Part shown: piece after piece, positions 57,126-64,000 of the stretch
How positions within the stretch are numbered: the first letter of the stretch is position 1
How the letters are laid out: every line of letters begins with the position of its first letter
Source of the DNA: Oscillospiraceae bacterium
GTDB lineage: Bacteria; Bacillota; Clostridia; Oscillospirales; Ruminococcaceae
Reading direction: 5' to 3'
Assembly (NCBI GenBank): GCA_017408395.1
Contig: JAFQUQ010000026.1
Location: forward strand, 41,656-105,655
DNA: 64,000 bases
Position numbers and translations under genes: made by a program
The notes under the pieces: model-generated
What the model was told of the DNA's origin: nothing
The model's input: only the letters and a program-made list of their open reading frames with translations
Databases searched by the model: none

Positions 57126-57914
57126 TTACTTTTTGAATTCGTATATCCTGTACATTTTCTTTGAAAAGCTGCCTGCAAAAACCTTGCTGAAAATTGCTTT
57201 TTCCGTACTCTTTAATTCGTTTATAAGATTATCGGGAGTCATATTATGCTCTTTTACAAATTCAAGTCCGTTTCCCTCTGTAACGGATACGGGGTCGTCA
57301 ATGCCGTAGGTCTGTGTTACGCCTACATCGTTTATGGGGTTTTTGTATTTTGAAATTTTTGCGGCATACTCCGTGTAGCAGTCCATAAGAATGTTTACGG
57401 ATGAAAAATGCTCAGAGAAGGCAGAAAAACATTCTTTTATTTCAGCAGGAGTAAGATACATACTGATACCCTCAAGAACGATAATTGCATCTGTACGGGC
57501 AGGTATATTCTTCAGCCATTCCCTGCTGCGTAAATCGCATTTTATCATATGGTAACAGTCGGTTTCGGAGTAATATTTTTTTCTGCACTCAATTACGTCC
57601 TCAAAATCACCGTCAAACCATTGATGTCCCTGTGTTCCGACTCTTTCAGCACGGCTGTCCATACCGCATCCGATATGAAGAATTACCGTTGATTTATCGC
57701 TTTTTTCTATCAATGTCCTGAGCCAGTCGTCAAAAACCCTTGCTCTCATAGCCATAAAATATGCAAGCCATTTTGACTTTGATTTGCCTTTAAGCTCAAA
57801 GTGCTCCTTCTCCCATATTTCCTCTGCCCTGGTGTCCTTTAAAATGATACCCTTCCTGCTGACAAGTGATTTCCCGAATAAAGGGATGTACAATGTTTTG
57901 TTTACCTCGTTCAT
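57126..57914 (-). CDS. Class I SAM-dependent methyltransferase, leucine-carboxyl/TcmP-like O-methyltransferase family
   Basis: Motif I is VILHIGCGMDSR, with a downstream VLEGISMYL. GGAGGA lies before the ATG at 57914. Confidence 0.8.
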   Translation of the reverse strand: MNEVNKTLYIPLFGKSLVSRKGIILKDTRAEEIWEKEHFELKGKSKSKWLAYFMAMRARVFDDWLRTLIEKSDKSTVILHIGCGMDSRAERVGTQGHQWFDGDFEDVIECRKKYYSETDCYHMIKCDLRSREWLKNIPARTDAIIVLEGISMYLTPAEIKECFSAFSEHFSSVNILMDCYTEYAAKISKYKNPINDVGVTQTYGIDDPVSVTEGNGLEFVKEHNMTPDNLINELKSTEKAIFSKVFAGSFSKKMYRIYEFKK

Positions 57915-57941
57915 TTTTCCTCCGCTGATTATGTGCGGCAA

Positions 57942-58706
57942 TCACCAACCCATCTCCATAAGCCAGTTATTGAGCGCACGTTCACGTTCTCTTATCTGAG
58001 AAGCATTTTCATATTTATCTAAATTATACTCCCCTTTTATGTTTCCGTCAACTATATAAAGCACTCTTGTGCATTTTGCCGCAACCTTTACATCGTGAGT
58101 AACCAGCATAATTGTTGTACCCTCATTGTTGAGCTTTGCAAGCTCCTCCATAACCTCGTCGGAGGATGTTCTGTTGAGCGCACCCGTAGGCTCGTCGGCA
58201 AAAATCATCTTGGGATTGTTTATCATACTGCGGCAGATGCACGCACGCTGAAGCTGACCGCCCGACACCTCGTTTATGTCATTATCCGCAATGTCGATAA
58301 TGCCAAGCTTACGCATTAATTCCTGACCACGCTGAACGGTTTCCTTGCGGGTCTCTGTGTTCTTTTGGGACTGGCAGGCAGGGAGAATGATGTTGTCGAG
58401 AACGGTAAGATTTTTAAGCATATACATCTGCTGGAAGATAAAGCCCATTTCGTCAAGACGTAAATCGGCAAGCTCTTTTTCGCCCATTTCCGCAATGTTC
58501 TTTCCGCAGAATTCAACCTCGCCTGCGGTTACGCTGTCCATACCTGAAACAGCGTAAAGAAGCGTGGATTTGCCTGAGCCTGAGGGTCCCATTACTGCAA
58601 CCATTTCACCCTCGGAAACGGTAAAGTTTACATTTTTAAGAACGTTGTTCTGACGCTTGTCAAGGATATATGTTTTACAAAGGTCTTTTACATTTAAAAT
58701 ATTCAT
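57942..58706 (-). CDS. ABC transporter ATP-binding protein (MacB/FtsE-like)
   Basis: Walker A is GPSGSGKST, the signature is VSGGQLQR and Walker B is MIFADEPT. Confidence 0.95.
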   Translation of the reverse strand: MNILNVKDLCKTYILDKRQNNVLKNVNFTVSEGEMVAVMGPSGSGKSTLLYAVSGMDSVTAGEVEFCGKNIAEMGEKELADLRLDEMGFIFQQMYMLKNLTVLDNIILPACQSQKNTETRKETVQRGQELMRKLGIIDIADNDINEVSGGQLQRACICRSMINNPKMIFADEPTGALNRTSSDEVMEELAKLNNEGTTIMLVTHDVKVAAKCTRVLYIVDGNIKGEYNLDKYENASQIRERERALNNWLMEMGW

Positions 58707-58721
58707 AGCGGTGTCCTTTCT

Positions 58722-61085
58722 TTATTCAATATTGGCTGTATCGGATGATTTGATTTTTCTTGTGTAAAGTGAGGTCAGATATGCGCTTACTGTTGTTGTA
58801 ACGAGAATTACAAGCGGGAATACAAGGAACAGTTCAACAGGGTTGATGCTGTAATCAACGCCAAGCTCCATACCCATCATCTTGAAAACAGGGTCTATGC
58901 AAAGCTTAGTCAGCGGCATTGAGAAAATTTCCGCAATTATTACTGCGATAACTCCAACAAATGCAAATCTTAATGTATGGTAAGCGTAAATTTTTCCATT
59001 GCGTGTGCCTATAGCCTTCATAAGTGCGATCTCGCCGGTTTCCTTTGCGATGAAGGAACGCTCCATAAGAACGGTTATAAGTGCCGCAAGAACGATTGTC
59101 AGGACGGCAACCATTGATTTTACCGTAACAAGCACATCGGCAACTCCAAGACAATCTGCTGTAAATTTCTCTGCTGTTTCTACATCGTCAGCTTCGGGAT
59201 AAAGCTCCTTGATTTTTTCAATTCTGTTCTGAATTTCTTTCTTATCCGGGTTGTCTGTAAAAATGATTTGTGCGCCGCCTGTACCTATGGACTGAACATA
59301 ATTTATTTCTTCGTCGCTGTGAAATAACATACCCTCGCCGAAATTATTCATATTCTGATAGAATGCGGTGATGATGTATTCCTTATCTCCGTCAACAGTG
59401 CTTACAGTAACTGTATCGCCTATGTCCGCACCCAGCTTTTCGGCTGACATACGTGTCATAACTATTTCATTGGTATTCTGCGGTGCAGTACCCTCGGTAT
59501 ATCTGAACATATCCATTGTTGAATTCAGGTTGTGCTGAGAAGGAATACTGCTTTCATTTTCACCGTAAGCAACAGGGAAAGAAAATACTATCTGCTGAAC
59601 AATTTTTGCAGGCATACCGTTTTCTGCAAGCTTTTCTTCCATTTCTTCAAGTTTGTCTTTAATTTTATCCTGTCCGCCGTCTGTTAAATACTCCACATTA
59701 TTAATGAACATAACAACGTCACAGCCTGCCATACCGAAAGAATAAATCAAAGAGCCGTTGTTCATCGTGTGGACTGTATTTGAAAGAATAAGCAGGATAG
59801 AAAGACAGAGTGCAAATGTGATTGTGATTATGCTGTAACGCTTAGGTGCGCTTACAATATCGTTGAGTGCAAGGAACGGTGTTGCTCCGAGCTTTGATCT
59901 TCCAAGGCTCATAAGGCTCTTTTTGCGGAAGCGTTCACCCGTCTGACCATTGCGGATTGCGTCAATTGGAGTAAGCTTCTTTACCTTGCCTGTACATCCG
60001 TAGCAGAACAGCAAAATTACCGCTACCACAAATACCGCACAAACAATATTAATAAAAATCGGATTCTGATTGCTGATAATAATTGACTTCGTGGTAACGC
60101 TCATAAGCATTTTACCGAACGGGAAGCTGAGGAAAAGACCGATAACCGCACCGATTATTGAAAGTCCCGTATATTTTACAAGGTATAAGCCTCTTATTCT
60201 GAAATTGCTGATACCGATTGCTTTCATAACGCCGATTTCACGGTATTCTTCAGACATGGTAAAGGTGATTGTGAAGCGAAGGACTACGAAAGCAATTGCA
60301 ATAAGTATGATACTTACAACAAGGAGAACACCTGTCATTATCATATCAAAAATATATGTGAATTTCAGCATTGCTTTGTCGGCTGTAAAAGCGAAGTTTT
60401 CGGAAGCGTCGGAAATTTCCGATAAAGTTTCTGTAAGGTCATCAGTGTGAAGATAATAAAGATTGCCGCTGTAATTTTTAATGATGTCATTAGATGTGTA
60501 ATACTCAAAATCTTCGCTGTTTATGATATATCTGACCATGGAATTCATATTAGAACCTAAGCAGGCGTCCTTGATTGTACCTGCAAAAGTAAATTCACGG
60601 CTTATGCCTTCAAGTTCGATTTCAAATTTATCGCCTGTTTCAATTCCCTTTGGTTCCTTGCCAAGGGTTATGTAAACTTCGCCCTTGTTTACATTTTCAA
60701 GAATGCTTCCGTCTGACAGGAAATAATTTACCGCAAGGTCCTTGTCACTCTGAAGCATAGGGCCATAATCGTTGGTTATATTTTCATCTTCAAAAATTAT
60801 GTTGTCGGGTGCTAAAAACAGAACTTTTTCAGAGGCGCAGCGTTCAACCGATTCTGCTGTTTTTATGGTTTCGTCAATGTCAGTCGTTATCGACTTATCC
60901 ATCGTTATTATCATATAATCCGGCACATCCGCCATTTTAAAATAATCATCCAGCGCTGTTGTAACGCTAAGAATATTGTTTACGCTTGAAGAAACAAACA
61001 TTGTTGCAAGCACAATAAATATAAGCAGGATAACGTTCATTGCCTTTTTTCGTTTAAGGTCTTTTTTCAGTATGTTGAGATACAT
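58722..61085 (-). CDS. ABC transporter permease with two FtsX-type modules and two large extracytoplasmic domains (787 aa)
   Basis: The layout is TM1, a roughly 200-aa loop, 3 TM, TM5, a roughly 200-aa loop, then 3 TM. The N-terminus LKKDLKRKKAMNVILLIFI is typical of FtsX-family permeases. Confidence 0.9.
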   Translation of the reverse strand: MYLNILKKDLKRKKAMNVILLIFIVLATMFVSSSVNNILSVTTALDDYFKMADVPDYMIITMDKSITTDIDETIKTAESVERCASEKVLFLAPDNIIFEDENITNDYGPMLQSDKDLAVNYFLSDGSILENVNKGEVYITLGKEPKGIETGDKFEIELEGISREFTFAGTIKDACLGSNMNSMVRYIINSEDFEYYTSNDIIKNYSGNLYYLHTDDLTETLSEISDASENFAFTADKAMLKFTYIFDMIMTGVLLVVSIILIAIAFVVLRFTITFTMSEEYREIGVMKAIGISNFRIRGLYLVKYTGLSIIGAVIGLFLSFPFGKMLMSVTTKSIIISNQNPIFINIVCAVFVVAVILLFCYGCTGKVKKLTPIDAIRNGQTGERFRKKSLMSLGRSKLGATPFLALNDIVSAPKRYSIITITFALCLSILLILSNTVHTMNNGSLIYSFGMAGCDVVMFINNVEYLTDGGQDKIKDKLEEMEEKLAENGMPAKIVQQIVFSFPVAYGENESSIPSQHNLNSTMDMFRYTEGTAPQNTNEIVMTRMSAEKLGADIGDTVTVSTVDGDKEYIITAFYQNMNNFGEGMLFHSDEEINYVQSIGTGGAQIIFTDNPDKKEIQNRIEKIKELYPEADDVETAEKFTADCLGVADVLVTVKSMVAVLTIVLAALITVLMERSFIAKETGEIALMKAIGTRNGKIYAYHTLRFAFVGVIAVIIAEIFSMPLTKLCIDPVFKMMGMELGVDYSINPVELFLVFPLVILVTTTVSAYLTSLYTRKIKSSDTANIE

Positions 61086-61114
61086 TTTTATTCCCCTTTC
61101 TCTGTTGTGATTTC

Positions 61115-61205
61115 ATTATAGCAGGTAAATTATTAAATAATCCTTAAATCTGATTTTTTGTTCCGGAAATACCGCATAATCTCTGATTGATATTGTAATC
61201 TGATT
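61115..61205 (-). promoter_or_regulatory. Activator-type promoter of the ABC/methyltransferase/TCS operon, with three AATCAGA direct repeats
   Basis: On the minus strand: extended -10 TGCTATAAT (61115-61123) and a poor -35 (GGATTA). The boxes are AATCAGATTT (61146-55), AATCAGAGATT (61178-88) and AATCAGATTA (61196-205). Confidence 0.5.
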
Positions 61206-61367
61206 TAAAAAGCAACTTTAAATATTGCATTTTATGGCATAAATCAAAAAGTTGATACGATACATCATATTTTTGATATAATATTTGATTGAATAATATA
61301 CATATGTAAGTTATAATGCAAAGCAGAAGGCTGTTTAATAATCAGTCCCGATGAAAGGAATGATAAT

Positions 61368-62399
61368 ATGAAAAAAATAATTTCCGTTATAAGCACAATC
61401 GCTCTGACTGCCGCACTTTTCAGCGGCTGCTCTGAATCAAATACGGTATCTGCCGCTGTAACAACAACCGCCAAAACAACAGCTGCTGCGGAAGAAGTTT
61501 ACGAAAGCAAGTATACCTTATCCAACCCGAATGCAGACATAAACGCCCGTAAGCTTTACGATTACATCAACGAAGTATACGGTACCGCAATAATCACCTG
61601 TCAGCAGGAATCAACCTGGATGGGCTCTCCCGACTACGAAATGAATTATATTTTTGCTGAAACAGGAAAATATCCTGCAATGCGAGGACTCGATTTTATG
61701 CACAACGATTTTGACGGCGTTGTTCAGCGTTCTAAGGAATGGCACGAAAAGGGCGGCATTGTTTCAATCTGCTGGCATACAGGCGTGAACGGAAGCGGTT
61801 ATCAGGAGTCAAAGGACGATAATCCCGACTTCGAAAAGCTTCTCACCGAAGGCACGGACGAATACAATGCTATGATGAAAAGCTGGGATGAAGCCGCTGC
61901 GGCTCTTCAGGAACTCCGTGATGACGGTATTCCTGTACTTTGGCGTCCTTTCCACGAATTTGACGGTCAATGGTTCTGGTGGGGCAAAGGCGGTGCTGAA
62001 AACTTTATTAAGCTGTGGCAGATGATGTACGACAGATACACAAACAAATTCGGACTCAACAACCTTATCTGGGTGCTCGGCTATTCGGGCGAGGTAAAGG
62101 ACGGCTGGTATCCCGGAAATGATTACTGCGACATTATCGGTTCAGATACCTACGATAACTCTACCCACGCAAAAGCCTGGAAAAAGCTTGCGGCAATGGA
62201 AACAGGCAAGCCTATGACCTTCCACGAATGCGGAAATGTTCCTTCCATCGAAAGCTTCGAAAAGGACGGCGCTATGTGGTCCTGGTTTATGATCTGGCAC
62301 ACAGATTTCATAACAGGCAACAATAAACAAAACCTCTCCAAAGTTTACAATCACGAAAAGGCAATCACTCTCGATGAACTGCCTGATATTTATAAATAA
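61368..62399 (+). CDS. Glycoside hydrolase family 26 (beta-mannanase-type) lipoprotein
   Basis: The lipobox is LFSGC. It has the GH26 signature WRPFHEFDGQWFWWG and a nucleophile region FHECG. Confidence 0.88.
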   Translation: MKKIISVISTIALTAALFSGCSESNTVSAAVTTTAKTTAAAEEVYESKYTLSNPNADINARKLYDYINEVYGTAIITCQQESTWMGSPDYEMNYIFAETGKYPAMRGLDFMHNDFDGVVQRSKEWHEKGGIVSICWHTGVNGSGYQESKDDNPDFEKLLTEGTDEYNAMMKSWDEAAAALQELRDDGIPVLWRPFHEFDGQWFWWGKGGAENFIKLWQMMYDRYTNKFGLNNLIWVLGYSGEVKDGWYPGNDYCDIIGSDTYDNSTHAKAWKKLAAMETGKPMTFHECGNVPSIESFEKDGAMWSWFMIWHTDFITGNNKQNLSKVYNHEKAITLDELPDIYK

Positions 62400-62411
62400 T
62401 TCTTCTTGACC

Positions 62412-62448
62412 AAAGCAGCAGATGTTTAAAATGCATCTGCTGCTTTTA
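62412..62448 (+). terminator. Intrinsic terminator after GH26
   Basis: AAAGCAGCAGATG, a 9-nt loop, then CATCTGCTGCTTT. Confidence 0.8.
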
Positions 62449-62585
62449 ATATCTTATGCGGCAACGCCATTGTAATTTTTTACAAAAATATATTTGTACA
62501 AATTTTATCGTACAATACTTATATAAAATAAACGCAAAAAGTTATATAATCAATATGACTACTGCATTATTGAAAGGAGCAGCTT

Positions 62586-63770
62586 ATGGATAACTTTAAT
62601 TTTTACAGCCCTACCGAATTTGTTTTCGGTAAAGACAGGGAAAACGAAGCAGGCACATACGTTAAAAAGCACGGCGGTACCCGTGTTCTCATTCACTACG
62701 GCTCAGGCTCGGCAGTAAAGTCGGGACTTCTTGACAGAGTAAAAAAATCACTTGACGATGCAGGCATTTACCACGCAGAGCTTGGCGGTGTAAAGCCAAA
62801 TCCACGTGACACGCTTATTTACGAAGGAATAGAACTCTGCCGCAGGGAAAATATAGATTTTATACTTTCAGTAGGCGGCGGCTCCTGTATCGACTCATCA
62901 AAGGGAATTGCGGCAGGTGCACTTTACGACGGTGATTTCTGGGATTTTTACAGCAAGAAATCCTTTATCAGTAAGGCTCTTCCCGTAGGTATAATCCTCA
63001 CAATTGCAGCGGCAGGCAGCGAAGGCTCAGGCAGCTCCGTTGTAACACAGGAAAAGACAATGCTTAAGCGTGACGCAGGCTCCGACCTTTTAAGACCACG
63101 CTTTTCCATTCTCAATCCCGAACTTACCTGTACCCTTCCCGCATTCCAGACAGCCTGCGGTGCGGCTGATATTATGGCACACGTTTTTGAAAGATATTTT
63201 ACAAACACCGAGGAAGTCGAAATGACAGACCGTCTTTGTGAAGCGGTACTGCTTACGATGGTAAAGGAAACTCCGCGTATTATTGCTGACCCCAACAATT
63301 ACGAGGCTCGTGCAAACATTATGTGGGCAGGTACGGTCGCTCACACAGGCATTGTAGGCGTAGGCAGAAGCACCGACTGGAACAGCCATAACATCGAGCA
63401 CGAGCTGTCGGGACTTTACGACTGCGCTCACGGTGCAGGCCTTGCAGTAATAATGCCTTGCTGGATGGAATATGTAATGCACCACAACGTAATGCGTTTT
63501 GCACAGGTCGCAAGCCGTGTATGGGGCTGCCCGATGAATTTTGAAAAGCCTGAACAGACAGCTATCCAGGGCATAAAGGCGTTCAGAAGATTTCTTCACG
63601 ACATCGGTCTTCCGATTAATTTTGAACAGCTTGGCGCAAAGGAAGAAGACATCCCTCAGCTTGTTAAAAATCAGGGCGTCGGCGACGGAAAAACAGGCGG
63701 ATTTGTACAGCTTACATCGGATGATATAACCGAAATTTACAAGCTTGCAGTGAAAGCGTCCGTTCAATAA
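62586..63770 (+). CDS. Iron-containing alcohol dehydrogenase (NADH-dependent butanol dehydrogenase-like)
   Basis: It has GGGSCIDSSKG and metal-binding histidines (HVFERYF, HNIEHELS). Length is 394 aa. Confidence 0.92.
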   Translation: MDNFNFYSPTEFVFGKDRENEAGTYVKKHGGTRVLIHYGSGSAVKSGLLDRVKKSLDDAGIYHAELGGVKPNPRDTLIYEGIELCRRENIDFILSVGGGSCIDSSKGIAAGALYDGDFWDFYSKKSFISKALPVGIILTIAAAGSEGSGSSVVTQEKTMLKRDAGSDLLRPRFSILNPELTCTLPAFQTACGAADIMAHVFERYFTNTEEVEMTDRLCEAVLLTMVKETPRIIADPNNYEARANIMWAGTVAHTGIVGVGRSTDWNSHNIEHELSGLYDCAHGAGLAVIMPCWMEYVMHHNVMRFAQVASRVWGCPMNFEKPEQTAIQGIKAFRRFLHDIGLPINFEQLGAKEEDIPQLVKNQGVGDGKTGGFVQLTSDDITEIYKLAVKASVQ

Positions 63771-63776
63771 AAAATC

Positions 63777-63820
63777 ACCTGCCGCACAGTATCGTTGAAT
63801 TACTGTGCGGCAGGTTTTAT
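63777..63820. terminator. Bidirectional terminator between convergent genes
   Basis: ACCTGCCGCACAGTA-tcgttgaat-TACTGTGCGGCAGGT followed by TTT. Confidence 0.8.
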
Positions 63821-64000
63821 TTTGCCTTTTTATTCTTTCTGCGAAGCTTTTTAAGCTCCTTGATTATCACACGATGACACTCATAAGCCGACATAACCGC
63901 CGTCTTATCAATTTTAAGCTCACCGTAGCAGACCTGCTCAAAGGGCAGGATGATTTCATCTGCGGATATGCCTGTTGTTTCGTTAATATGCTCTCCAAGC
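63817..64000 (-). CDS. C-terminal 60 codons of an unidentified minus-strand gene continuing beyond the window
   Basis: The frame is open from the window edge to the TAA at 63819-63817 (...ECHRVIIKELKKLRRKNKKAK*). It is absent from the ORF track because no start codon lies in the window. Confidence 0.5.
   Translation of the reverse strand, partial: LGEHINETTGISADEIILPFEQVCYGELKIDKTAVMSAYECHRVIIKELKKLRRKNKKAK

Overview
This 64-kb segment reads like core chromosome of a moderate-GC, chemotactic, plant-polysaccharide-degrading member of the Clostridia. Oscillospiraceae/Ruminococcaceae-like is only a guess from gene content and codon style. It is densely coding, with about 60 protein genes and one tRNA-Ser(CGA). 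I found no rRNA, CRISPR array, transposase, integrase or phage genes.

Landmarks:
- ttcA-prfB, with RF2 in a single frame and no +1 frameshift.
- An XRE plus small-membrane-protein pair, a dCache chemoreceptor, and a metG-like ligase.
- A 10-gene, roughly 11.5-kb minus-strand pyrimidine operon (pyrR-pyrC-x-pyrF-carA-carB-vanZ-pyrK-pyrD-thiI), headed by a near-consensus promoter and a PyrR-type attenuator.
- An 868-aa membrane vWA protein and an ACT-hom pair.
- A plus-strand housekeeping block: MATE, histidine phosphatase, polytopic M28 peptidase, ruvX, GH127, rsmD, coaD, pncB, HD.
- galU, uvrC, a FolC-like Mur ligase, and a YtrA-type GntR/ABC operon with a palindromic operator.
- groES-groEL behind a perfect CIRCE element, then degV, pflA, a GH26 lipoprotein and an Fe-alcohol dehydrogenase.

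Nothing here is an obvious mobile or defence island. The least explained items are:
1. A 172-nt rod-like nested inverted repeat downstream of thiI. Its G:U pattern favours the antisense (+) strand.
2. A self-contained 324-aa orphan gene with a near-perfect promoter, which I cannot place in any family.
3. A five-gene operon joining a tandem-FtsX ABC exporter, a SAM methyltransferase and a two-component system, preceded by three AATCAGA boxes.
4. The vWA/TSP3 membrane protein, whose C-terminal domain may be an inactivated peptidase.
5. A roughly 90-nt hairpin at the 5' end of the leader of a RING-like zinc-finger membrane protein.

All functional calls come from motif recognition by eye. No database search was run.
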